A DNA stretch of 64,000 nt from Iphione sp. A-MEVVRFRX5 (taxonomy: Eukaryota): NCBI GenBank assembly GCA_976226885.1, contig OZ320314.1, positions 89,218,001-89,282,000 on the forward strand, given 5' to 3'. How positions within the stretch are numbered: position 1 is the stretch's first letter; each line of letters starts with the position of its first letter. Under the pieces are notes generated by a model, which was not told the DNA's origin, did not search any database, and was given only the letters and a program-made list of their open reading frames with translations. Positions 34,466 through 47,100 of the stretch are shown here, piece after piece. A program made the translations under genes and the position numbers.

Positions 34466-34710
34466 TGTGGCACACGTGCGGGGATGTCTGAGCAGAGTGT
34501 GTGCAAGCATGGTTGTGCAGATGAGTGGGCATGCAATGTTGGTTGTGTGAGTATATCTGTGCGAGCTAGCTCCTCAGTGATGTTATATAAGGGTGAACAG
34601 GAGATAGGGGATGGCTCAGTTTAAGTCTTGTTTTCATGGAATAAAGACCTGTTATTCTTACCTCTGTCTTCCCGGAGTCATGAGTTTAAGAAGCGGTAGA
34701 CAACGCAACA
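34466..34710 (+). repeat. 3' LTR of Gypsy-2
   Basis: Direct repeat of 27356-27599, followed by GTAT. Confidence 0.95.
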
Positions 34711-35650
34711 GTATACTGCAATGGCAAGTTGTCAAGCTGCAGGGAAATCAAAATGGCTGTTCCCCAAGGGTCGATTCTCAGCCTTTGGTTCTTTATAATG
34801 ATGATAAATGACACCTTTTTGGTAGCCTTCTTGAGTAAAATGGTCGTATAGGCGGACAACGTTACTATTCTCACTTGGGGAAGCAGTGCATTGGCCCTAA
34901 GGCAAAAGGCTCAACACATGTTTGACCAAGTATCTGTATGGTGCTGTAGCAATGGGCTAGTATTGAACAAGACTAAAACTAAGTACATGGCCCTAGGAAA
35001 GGCCCAACCCTTCAATCTTGACCTAAGGCTGGGTAACACAAAAATTACTAAAGTATCTGAGTTCAAATTCTTGGGTCACCAATTAGACTGCAAACTGAAT
35101 TTCAGTAGTATGGTTAACCAAAAGGTTAGGAAGCTGAAGGCGATTGGGTTCTTGGTCAAAAGAGCATGGCTGTACTTGGATGAGAGATCAATTTGTCCTA
35201 CCACATGTGGACTATGGTCTGTCCCTTATGGTAGGAGCTAGAGAAAGGGATAAATGGAAACTAAAAAGGGCTTGGTATCAAACAGTGCGTAACTGTCTCT
35301 TCCAACCTCACACCAGCACAATGGCAATCAAGGCCAACCTAAAATGGTGTAACATCTTACATCTAGAAGAAAGGCAAAGGTACATGTTGTTAATGTTGAT
35401 CCATGACCTCAAAGACTTGTCTGTTTGCAAATCACACAGGAGGAGGTCAACGCGAGGCAATGAGCGAGGAGTCTTAGCAGTTGAATGCCCAAGGCAAGAA
35501 CACTTCAGGCGGAGCTTCCTGTATGGAGAGATATCTGACTGGAACGCCCTACCAACACACCTGAGTCTTACCAAGGTATTTGCTGAAGGCCAAGCTAAAG
35601 CAGCATGTCAAAGTAGCCCAAGACCAACAGCATCCCTGAGTAGCAGTTGA
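34711..35650 (+). pseudogene. CR1/L2-like LINE ORF2, 3' part
   Basis: Joins 27355 in frame (RTRSV|YCNGK); VPQGSIL, FKFLGH, HVDYG, and a C-terminal RRSFLY motif. Confidence 0.88.
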
Positions 35651-35704
35651 TGTCATTAGCAGCCAGTATGCTATAACAAGTAAATTCGACTATACCTGTC
35701 TCTG

Positions 35705-37184
35705 CCCAGTCAAGACATGAGCTCACGTAGATGTCACAGTTAGATCACAAGAACCTCACAGATGTGAGCTCACATGTATGACATCACAGTTAGCTAACAG
35801 ATACCTCACAGATGTGAGCTCACATGCATTACCTCACAGTTACCTCACAGATACCTCACATGTTTTAGGTCACTGGCAAGAGGTCACAGTTAGCTCACAG
35901 AGACATCATAGCATGTGTTGTTCATGATGCTGTGTTGTGAGACCTGAATAAAGGGTTCTGCCATCTTAAATCCGACATGTGAGTTGCTCCATTATTTACT
36001 CCATCTTCTACCTACAAATACAACACTCTGGCAAGCAGGACTGTGGAAAAAGTGTGTGCATCTCTAAGTTGAAGGTACAAGGTCCATGTGGGAGAAGTTT
36101 GAACCATGTTTTCGATCTGAAAGTGAGTGGATTGAAGGAGATAAGGTTTTGCTCAGTGTGAGCAAGGAGGAGCACATGGAATGGCTGACCAGGACCATCA
36201 TCTCAGGTTTATCCTGTCAAGTGGAGAGTAGGACTGGAACCCTACCTCATCTGCAATGTGGTAGTATGTGAGTACATTGTAAATGTGTTATACAATGTGA
36301 TATATGTACAAGAAGATTGTACATGCTTTTGTACATTGTGGTACATGTGCTGGATAGCCACAGTAACGTCCGACGGCCGCCATCTTTGTTTACAACTTGT
36401 AACGGTTGTACAGCCATCATATCGTTGAAATTCTGTGTGAATTACCTCCTCCAGTCATCAAGGAAGAATCTCCAACATTAATAATAGGTCTGGCAGTGAA
36501 TATGTGTCCTCACAACTGTGTAGGAGGACTGTACACCACCTAAAAGTCGCCGATTTTGCGTCGGAAAAAGTCCGACGGCCGCCATGTTTGTTTACAACTT
36601 GTAACGGCCGTCGGAGCATCAAGTCGGGAAAATATGTGTGTTGCAGTATCCCAAGTCATCTAAGAATAGTGTACAACATTGAGAATAAATATGGAAGTGT
36701 CTACAAGTGTGTGTGATGGATGTGGGATGTCCCAAGATCGCCAAAATAGTCGCCGAATGATGTCTAGTAACAAGTAACCAAGTAAGCAAGTAAAAAGTAT
36801 GTTCAGATTTCAGATTTGTGTGGAGGAGTGTTGTGTATTATACTGTGTTGTGAGACCTGAATAAAGGGTTCTGCCATCTTGAATCCAACATGTGAGTAGC
36901 TCCATTATTTACTCCATGGCCATCTTCTACCAACAAATACGACACTCACATTGTGAGGTCATAGTGTGAGGTCACTGTGAGATATCTGTGAGGTTACAAA
37001 TTTAGTTCAATGTGAGCTACTTAACTCATGGTGTGAGGTCAGTCTGAGCTCATAGTGAACTCACACTGTGAGGTCACAATATGAGCTCACTGTGAGGTAA
37101 CTGTGAGGTTACAAATTGAGTACAGCATGAGCTCATAATATGAGGTCACTGTTAGCTCAGTGTTAGGTCACATTCCTGACTGGG
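35705..37184. mobile_element. Non-autonomous TIR element with repetitive subterminal arrays (CCCAG termini, CACTA/EnSpm-like)
   Basis: Begins CCCAGTCA and ends TGACTGGG; arrays of (C/G)CTCACAG on the left are mirrored by TGTGAGG on the right; TSD not resolved. Confidence 0.55.
35916..36944 (+). mobile_element. Miniature non-coding LTR element (TRIM-like) inside the TIR element
   Basis: ~110-bp direct repeats (35916-36025, 36829-36944) with TG...CA ends and AATAAA; TGG-initiated PBS-like site after the first; GGAGGAG purine tract before the second. Confidence 0.55.
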
Positions 37185-37946
37185 TATGTACAAGCATTCA
37201 ACCCAGACAATAAAGGCAAAGAGGGTTGAGTGCTTATTGAAAAGCATCTTTGTAAAAGATGAATATTCGCTCAATAAAATAAAATTAAATCAAATCTATG
37301 CAGCTCCATGGATATAATTGCACAGTTGATAACACTAGAAGCATAAAACGTCTGTGGAAAATATTCCACATGCTTGTGCATTCGTTTTCCTCTCCTATCT
37401 AGTCAGATGTTTGCAAAGAGATTAGAGGAAACATGGACATGTGTATTCCAATGTATACATGCATTTTTGATAGCAGATAAAGCCTTATAGATAGATTCTC
37501 GAGAATATATACATGTATGTATTTATGTGGGGGTGCGACGTGGCTATTACTTCTCATAACTGAGTGCTCGGAAATCAAAAGGGTGAGACGTGGCTATCAC
37601 TTCTCCCCACTGAGAAAAATGTATTTATGTATGTATACATGTATACAAATGAATATGAAAATGAGTAGAATCTGTATAATCTGCACTAGGCCTACACCCC
37701 TGTGCCTACCGGTCACTCTGTCTCCAGGGGGTAGTTCCTCAATCAGAGTAGATCGCCCGATCAGAGTCTGATCTCTGGATCAAGCGCTGATCTGGGGATC
37801 TGCTGTTCCTCAATCAAATATCTGACATTGGATCAGAGATTTGATCCGTCGGTTGATCTGATCCGCCTGGAGGTGTTCCCGAATGCCCAAATGAGTGCCT
37901 TTCACTGATCCTGCTCAAGAGTAGGATTAGAGTCGTTGTCAGTAAG

Positions 37947-40067
37947 ATGGATTCGTCATCGGACGACGATGTCGTCCGTGACGACTTTCCCATTCAGAGG
38001 GTCTACAGACGTTTTTACACAAGAGGACTACTTCCAAGACGTCTTTCCGATCCTCTGAATCCCTTGGAGGTTTTCACGGAAAAGGAAATATGGCAACGTT
38101 TTCGATTTTGGCCAGAATCGATAATGTACATCTTGGGGCTCATCGCCGAACAACTAAAACACCATAGAAGAGCCTGTCCTTTTCCACCTCTTATACAGCT
38201 ACTGATTTTCCTTCGCTTTGTAGCAACTGGTATGTACTTGTTTTTTCCTTCTATAACATTTACTTTATATGAATGACTCTTTTTCTTTGAAAATGAATAT
38301 ATGAATGACTCGTCCGCCATTATTTGTTTACAAGATAAATGCCGTCTGGCGGACATTGAGTTATTCCCGTTAGTAACGATAGGTGGCGTGTGTGTTGCAT
38401 GCAGTACAGACTCGCCGTGTTCCTTAATTTCGTTAATCTTGCCAAAACAACTCAATGTAATATGGTTCCATGGATCAGTGTATGGCAGGAAAACTAAATG
38501 CAGATGATTTTTAGAGTTTCACTTCTGGTTAGTATGTTGTAATAATCCAGATGGGCATCACCTTATTGAAACCTATATCTGTTGAATTTTCTAGGTGCAA
38601 TGCAGAGAGATGTCGGTGACATCTTCAGAGTAACAAAATCATCCGTTTGCCGCACTGTACATAAGGTGGCATACATTATGTACGAAAAACTCTTCGATCG
38701 TTTCATACGTATGCCACTTCCTGAAGAGTTCCCTTCTATAAAGGAAGGATTTGAGAGAATACGTGGTAAGATCACATTTATTATCTTTTTGCCCAAATTC
38801 TACTTATGGCATTTTTTTTCCTTTTTTTTTCTTACATTCTGGTGTTGAGTATGTTACTATGTAAGCTAATTTAAGATTACATTATGCAAGATATTTAGAA
38901 TCAACTGATTGGGCTTATACCTATTGCTTCCTTTGTAGGCTTCCCTGAGGTCATTGGCTGCGTCGATGGCACCTTTGTAAATATTAAAAGACCCTTGCAG
39001 TCGCCCGGAGAGTTCTGGAACCGACATCACCATTATGCCATTAATGTGCAGGTACGTTTTAAATTAATATGAGAGTCACAATTACCTAGTTAACACATTA
39101 CCGCCTGAAAGCTGTGCTATACCACCTAATGTCATTGAATGTGCCAGTTTCTTCTCTGAAATCTTCATACGACGCATCAAATTTGTTTACTTTGTTCCCC
39201 ACGAAATGTTTCAATGCTGAGAGCAGCAATGGTCATAATCATAAAGTAGTAATATGTTTTAATTGGATTTCTAACAGTGACATTACCTTTCCGTTATGCA
39301 CTTGCTTAAATGTACTGCATGAAATTTAAATTGTGTGATTTTTAAAACAATATCATCTTAATAAAATTCGCAGGTTATATGCGACCACGTCTTGCGCATC
39401 CGCAACCTTGTGGCTTCATGGCCTGGCACCACACACGACGCAAGGGTTTTCAAGAACAGTGCAGTTGCTACATCTTATCTTCCAAATTGTAAGCTTACAT
39501 TATGACTTTCCAACTAGCAATGCTTTACTCAATGTGTAATGATTTAGCAATAGCCCTTGTAAATATTGTCAATCTAGTGTTCTGGAATTACTTGGTGTAT
39601 TGAGAAAGCTGATAACTGGAAGTATTTTTTGTTCTTGACAATGATCTATCAATGCTTGTATTTCAGTACCGATTGAAGGCCATCTACTTGGAGATGGGGG
39701 ATACCCTGCTGGTATGCGAGTCCTGACACCCTACCGGAAAACCACCCGACCTCACCAGAGAAAATATCAAAGGGCTCATAAACGTACACGTGTTCGAGTT
39801 GAACATACAATCGGGGTCCTCAAGCAGCGTTTCTTATGTTTGGCTCAGACTTTAAGATTCTCCCCTGAAAGGTCGTCTTGCGTCATTGCTGCAACGGCGA
39901 TACTGCACAACATTGCCATTCAGTTAAACGATCGCCTCCAGGAAGAGGAACCTCGCATTGTCATTAACGATGATGATGATGACCAAGATGACGGCCCTCG
40001 ATGTGTGAATGAAGGTAATGGACTGCATTATCGGGAATATTTTGCCAGGAGACATTTCACCCAGTGA
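37947..40067 (+). CDS. Harbinger (HARBI1-like) DDE transposase, 5 exons, ~360 aa, apparently intact
   Basis: Exons 37947-38229, 38595-38765, 38939-39051, 39374-39488, 39667-40067 join in frame with GT-AG introns; GCVDGT, SWPGTTHDARVF, LLGDGGY, RVRVEHTIGVLKQRF. Confidence 0.92.
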
Positions 40068-40378
40068 ACATTTCATTCTTCATTCTATGCATTGGTCATG
40101 TTATTGCATTCGACCCATTCGTTTAGGTAATCTTTACAGCAGAAGCGACGAGCCTAGCAATATATATCTTCTTGTCTGGGTCAGCGAATTTACCATAATA
40201 TGCTTAACACCAATGCGGACGTCGCATAAAACTTGCTAAATAACCTCAGCGACTTTCCTCAACTTGTAATTACAGAAAGAACAACCTTAACTATTTTTCA
40301 ATTGGAAGTAACACGTATGCGACTGTCAAACATAGTAATTCAGGTATTATGATTTTCTGATGCATTTGCAGAAGGGTT

Positions 40379-43300
40379 CTAGAGTGAAAAATACGATTTC
40401 CCGTTAGCATAAGCAAATCTTGGGAAATTATCCATATCTGCACCCATCTCTCCTAATTTCAACTCGTTAATCTTCAATTGTGAAGTGTAAACAGCGGACA
40501 AGAGGTCTTCATTCTCGATCTGCGAATTATATGATGTAAAAGAAAAACGGATTGTATGAGTACATGTGTTCCATGTAGTTGTGTTGCTATTTCAATTACC
40601 ATGAAAATTATTTCATTATAACGTTTTGAGTAACACAGTACGTATGTGCAAGTGGCCTAAAATTATGTGACCAGTGCACTATAATAGTCGTAATTGTAGC
40701 ATATAAGTTTTTCCTTATAGGAGTGTTCACTCTCCATTTATGCGTTATACATCACACATTTAAGATGTTTCTAGCAGTGTAATTGCCTGTTGTATGAGGT
40801 ATAAAATTTAAATATGAGATCTTTCAACAACAATATATTCTTTCTTGATCGTTCTTAAAGTAGCAAACTATTTGTAGGAACAATACCTTTCTTTTCAGCA
40901 ATGTTGTTTCCTGGATTGCTGCCGCTTTCCTAATTGCCTCTGTCTCAAGCTGAGCATCATAGACGCTCTTCTTCAGTTTATAAGCAGCACGTTTCATTTG
41001 CATTATCTCTGCGTCATTCTTCTCTTTGGTTGAGCGCATTGCTATTTGTTTCTGTACATTCTGCACTTCAGCCTGTAGGAGTGAATCTCTCATACGGGCA
41101 GGCATGATCGCTGTTGAAAATGAGCCAAAGTTGACAGTTACTGTATTCTTTCTTCATTGAACATGCTCCTTGCAATATGCTTAGAAATTATTACAATATA
41201 TAGCAATGACTTTGTTGAAATAATTAATGAAGATATAATAATGTTATACTAGTCTTCATTTCCAACTGAAACAGAACAAGTTATATTATATAAATATAAG
41301 GATGCAAGTAATAGACTGTGTGGTAGCCACGCATTTCAATGTGTGCTTAAAGACGTTCAGATTGACTGACCTTGCGAGCTATCATTTGGCGTAGATGATG
41401 CCGGATTTGAGGCGACGACAGGTTGATCACCACCGGCATCTAGATCGATCTCAATGACCTCCGGCTGTGAGGCTGAAAATTAAATGTACCATTGTACTAT
41501 AGGACAACACTGAGTTCAATGCGTGTGTAATCGACATATAATGGTAATTTGTAATAAATATTCATATAAAAGTATTGTATTGTAATCAAGTGTATCTTGC
41601 ATTAAATTACTTGTTATCGCATGTGCTTGCCTTGGTGTTATCTTTCTGACAGGGTGGTACACTGATGCGCAGGTATTCGATATTAATATATATTAAACTA
41701 TGAATACGCCTGTCATAAGAAAATATTAGCGATGAAAATAACTTTACGCACCGGGAAAATGAGTGCAAGGGACAGTAGCATTAATTATAATCCATTGAGT
41801 TTGGATACTAGAGCTCATTGAGACCATAGACACGTTACAATAGTTCATTTTTTACATGCAACACTGTTCTTCATTGAGAAAATTCGCAACATACGGTAGG
41901 CAGAAACACATTCTGGGTACAATTTTAGCCAAAAGGTTGGTTAATTATATGTTCTTCGTTGAAAAAGTCGAAACATTAGACAAGCACACACGCATTCGTA
42001 GTTCATCTTTTACGTGCAACGCTGTTCTTCATTCAAAAAGGTCGAAGCATTCGGTAAGCACACACACAATCGTAGTTCATCTTTTACTCGCGAAAACCTT
42101 GGTTAATTATATGTTCTTCGTTGAAAAAGTCGAAACATTAGACAAGCACACACACAATCGTAGTTCATCTTTTACTCGCGAAAACCTTGGTTAATTATAT
42201 GTTCTTCGTTGAAAAAGTCGAAACATTAGACAAGCACACACACAATCGTAGTTCATCTTTTACGTGCAACGGTGATCATCGTTGAAAAAGTCGAAACATT
42301 AGACAAGCACACACGCATTCGTAGTTCATCTTTTACGTGCAACGCTGTTCTTCATTCAAAAAGGTCGAAGCATTCGGTAAGCACACACACAATCGTAGTT
42401 CATCTTTTACTCGCGAAAACCTTGGTTAATTATATGTTCTTCGTTGAAAAAGTCGAAACATTAGACAAGCACACACACAATCGTAGTTCATCTTTTACTC
42501 GCGAAAACCTTGGTTAATTATATGTTCTTCGTTGAAAAAGTCGAAACATTAGACAAGCACACACACAATCGTAGTTCATCTTTTACGTGCAACGGTGATC
42601 ATCGTTGAAAAAGTCGAAACATTAGACAAGCACACACACACGCATTCGTAGTTCATCTTTTACGTGCAACTGTGCTCGTAGTTCAAAAAGTCGACGCATT
42701 CGGTAAGCGCAAACACACACATTCGTATTTTTTTTTTTTACGTGCAACTGTGTTCGTAGTTCAAAAAGTCGTAAGTTAAGCACACACACATTTTTAGTTC
42801 ATGTTTTTTTTTTTAAGACTAACGTTCTTGATACACCACACTCAACTTCCTGTTAGCACTGACCACAAGGGAGCTACACTCTAGCTATATCAGGTAGGTT
42901 CATTCAGTTTTCCAAGGCTTACGACTCCACAGCACCATATCCATCTTTGAAAAGTCTTGTCATAGTCATAGGCGGGCATAGACATGTGTGGAATTAAAGT
43001 TTATATCAACATCCATCAGGTTTCGTTCCGACGGCCGCATGGGCCCTTCACCCAATGCGGCGGTCGGGTTTCATCCCGACGGCCGCATGGGGTGGAGTTC
43101 CGACCGCTGCATAAACTGATGCTTGTCTGTCTTGGCTGCATTTGACACATTTTGAGAAGCACCAACCAACATAATTCCAATGATATTCTGCTTTTCATAA
43201 AAAGGAGTATTTCAGGCTCATGAAGCTACTAACATGTACAGGGTTTGAGATTATGTTTTCCTGGATGTAGTACCTGCCATCTGGTGTGCAAAAAAGTGAC

Positions 43301-44067
43301 ACTAGATGTCACCGGTGTGCCTGATTCAGTCTGCAGAGTCTACCTCCCTTGCTGTCATGTATGTAATTTCTGCTCTTGTACATAACAGGGGCCCTTTCAA
43401 TTAGTGACTCCATTAATTTTTGGAAATTAAGAGGTGGAACTCTCTGTTTTCGCATTACATTTTCGGAAATTAACAGATCTCGCTCTCTGTTTTCGCATTA
43501 CATTTTCGGAAATTAACAGATCGCGCTCTCTGTTTTCACATTACATTTTCGCAAATGGACAGTCGACACTCTGTTTTTGCATGGTCATTCCAACACTGCT
43601 CTGCGACTCGACCATCTGGTTCGACGTCGAGCAGTGGTTACCCTCCCTCTTTTAAAACGGCTGCCGAAAGTCGGCGGAAAGTAGATCCGTCAAGTGGTTC
43701 CTGCCTACCGCATGAAGACAAAAATTATTTTTGTATGTCTGCCCCTCAGAAAAGTATCTTTCTGAGAGACTGGCTGTACAAGATTATTAAATAGTATTAA
43801 AATGGAGTTGTAAGAAAAACATTTAGAGAGAACTGCACTCTTTCCTCAGTTGGCGTAGGGATAGGGCCTACTGTCCCACTTAAATTTGAATGCACAGTAG
43901 CGGGATAACTAGGCCACTGACTGACTCGGCCGCCAATCAACTTGGCCGGGGACTGAGTAAGTGACTCGGCTGCTCTCGCTGGTGGGTAGACGGCTGGGGT
44001 AGGCAGGCAGCCACCAGGCGTGGCAGGAGGTGGCCGAAGGCACGCACACACACACTATCTCTGTCTG

Positions 44068-44110
<43 letters not shown>

Positions 44111-47100
44111 GAGAGCGGCTGAGTCAGTTGTAAACAACCAGTGCAAGCGCCGAAGGCGCTTGTTGTATTACAAATCGACCCTTTAGGTGCAATAGCATGA
44201 ATGAAATGACCATGCTCTCGTCAACATGATTAACGGGGAAGTTTACATTGGCTTTAAAGCATAAGACACTTAATTATATCACCATGCCTTCCTAACAGTT
44301 CTTGATTTCAATTTATGCAGATTTACTTGCAGAAAGAAAAGAATGGAGGGACAAACCGAAACGAAGAAGGAAGTATCATTCTATGCGGGTGCACATCCCG
44401 GTGAGTAAATAGCATACCATGGGTATTCATACAATGCTGAACATTACATGAGAGCATAGCGACAAATCTGCGAGAAAAGCGGTATAATTTTGTCATATTT
44501 AGCAAATGGTATCATCATGCATTTGACCATTCCCATTTCCCATTAACCCGCTTGTCGATAAGATGTACTAATGTCATGTACTTTCATCTGTAACTTAGCA
44601 ACCGTTCTACGCTGCATCCAGTGTGGCTGGATCAGGTGGGAGACGATGGAGCTGAAGGGCAGTCTGCTGGACATGCCTGCCAGCGCCATCCCCCGCATTG
44701 AGGTGAGTGTGACCAATTCATGAGACCGCCGAGGATTGCCTTGTAACATAGTTTATTCCATGCATGTGCGCGTACAGAAGGTGTGTACCACCTGCTGCTG
44801 GGAATTTGGCACGCTGGAGTGTACCGCACATACCTGTGTGGTATACACTGTAAATTTTCAAATGAAAAATTAGATTTTTGTTGGAAATTTCATGAGTTTG
44901 ATGGTCATAAATAAGCCTTCAGGTTTGAAATGTTAACAAACAAAATGGCAGACATTAAGTAAGGCATGGAATAAGAACAGAATGACTACAAGGTGAAGGT
45001 ACTTGTTTTTATACCATACCTGCGGTCTCGTTCGATAAAAATCAACATCATTGCATGGTGCACACACAAATACCCTCACCATGTGGTCATTCTGTATAAA
45101 AGCTCATTAAGTACTACTTGTCTTGAAATGATTAACATACTTGGTAGTCACCACAAAACACACATGATTAGCATGACACCTGCAATGTTCAAAACTTACC
45201 GACATTAACATCTACTTTTATACACAGGTACCGGCAGCTCCAGCATGCGACAATGTGAGTACATTGCTTGAAATACATGCTTTCTTATTTGGCTTACAGG
45301 TTTAATTGTGACATCGGCCTATACAATGTTAATCACTGTGCATGTCCTGTTCTTTTCTCCAAAAATAATGGAAGAACCATGTCAAATTTTTTTCAGTGCG
45401 ACCTGCATCGGCTTGCAGTTTTCTATCGTGGTCAGTGACTAGTGAAGATATTGCACTTTGTATTTGCTTGTTTATATGTTGAATTTATTACGTTATTCTA
45501 TGTTTGAATTACAGTTTTGTTCCTTGTTGCAGGAAAGCAGTTTACATTGACTTAGCCCAATCAAGAAAATCAAACAATGCCCAAAGGAACAATTTTTAAA
45601 TATATATCTTTCTTCTCTTCTTTTGCAGTGGACGGATTCTACTATGTTTGAAGCACCATACAAAGGATGACAAGGATTATCTTTTTTTTTTTTTTTAGCA
45701 TGAAAAAATATTAATAGTCTTTTTATTTGCCTTTTTTATTGTATTTTTTTGAAGCCGTCGCCTTACCACACCTTGTCTATTTATTTTTATTTTTAAATGA
45801 ATAAATGCATGTATATTGAGTAATGGAAGTGAGCGTTGTTTGTAATAACTTCCTTTTGGAAATATTACCAAAAAAAATTCAAATAATGCTAATGTTGCAT
45901 CAACAGATAAGGACCTAATTTTGTCTATTATATACCCAATGATTCAAGTACATAGTCATGTTATACGTCATGAGTGAGACAAATCAACATTTGAATCTAG
46001 CCAAATGGATATTCAACAAGTAAACCGTACATGTAGGTTAGTATATGGAGTCAAGCATCACGATACACTGGAACAGCGGTAACAAAGTTACTAGTTCAAT
46101 TTCACACCAACCTTGTGTGCTGGGGACACCATTGTGATGATCGTTCGTGCATGCCTTGGAGGCAGTACTTGCCTTGACACTTGGTGTTGAAGATATGCAG
46201 CTCATCTTAGGTATTTCTAAGGGATAGAATAAACTTATGTCAAAGGCACATAGTTGAGGTGAACGTTCAGATATCTAATTATCTACCGTATATTGGCCAG
46301 AATTGCTGTAACTGCATAACATTTATTCTATTTTGGTTCGTATTAAGGAGCCTTATTAGGTAAAGCAGCATTTTTTGTTGTCCCATTGCATACTCAAAAT
46401 ACAATAAGCACATCAAAGTTTACTTACTTCCGTACGGCCCGCCAGCTCCCCGGAAACCAAAAACAGCACCAGGAGCATTCTTAATGTACTCATTTACGAC
46501 AGCATCGGGTGGTGGGACTCCACCAGTTCCACTTTGCAGTCTTTTGTTTTCGTGTTCCTTACCTGAAACCCAAACCGCAAACTTCTCCAAATGTTAATTC
46601 AAAATTGAACGCAACTACACCAATTATATTTAACAGCATTACGCATTTATTTGTGACCCGAGAACAGTTGATGTGAAAACAAAACCTACAGTAAGCACTG
46701 TGAATCACACTGCGTATTAGTAGTCGTATTTAAATTTAGCAAGAGAACCTCTAACCTGTTAACATCAATATGTATTAAGCTGAAAGTCTATTATTTGAAT
46801 CATCCTGCAAAAAAGCGAGTAAATCTGCAATAAGTTGGAAACAAGATGAGCATTTATCGCAACAGGGTCTGCAAGTCTGTACCTTAAAAACAACAAGAAA
46901 AAAAACCACTCCATGAGATACAGACTGCAATGACAACCTCGCAATCGACTGGAATAAGAACGGTTCAACAGCTTATGACAATAACAATTCAAAGTTTAGG
47001 CGAGATGGATTCAATCAACGAGAAGTGCATGTTGTTGTCATTATTGCGTAACTCTATGGTTTCTCTGTAGCCATATCCATCCTCAGGGCTGAAATATCTC

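Larger units (their letters stand above)
27356..34710 (+). mobile_element. Ty3/Gypsy LTR retrotransposon 2: full length, degenerate, extra 3' ORF
   Basis: LTRs 27356-27599 and 34466-34710, GTAT TSD, tRNA-Leu PBS 27601-27618, PPT AAGGAGGGGGATG, gag/PR/RT/RH/IN homology. Confidence 0.97.

Noticed and set aside
41880-42800. Repeat array as a CRISPR-like locus
   Set aside because: No unique spacers, eukaryotic context and no cas genes; it is a satellite.
43640-43715. Minus-strand peptide EPLDGSTFRRLSAAVLKEGG resembling a SAM-domain motif
   Set aside because: Very short, followed by a stop, and its splice phases do not fit the Myb gene model; probably chance.
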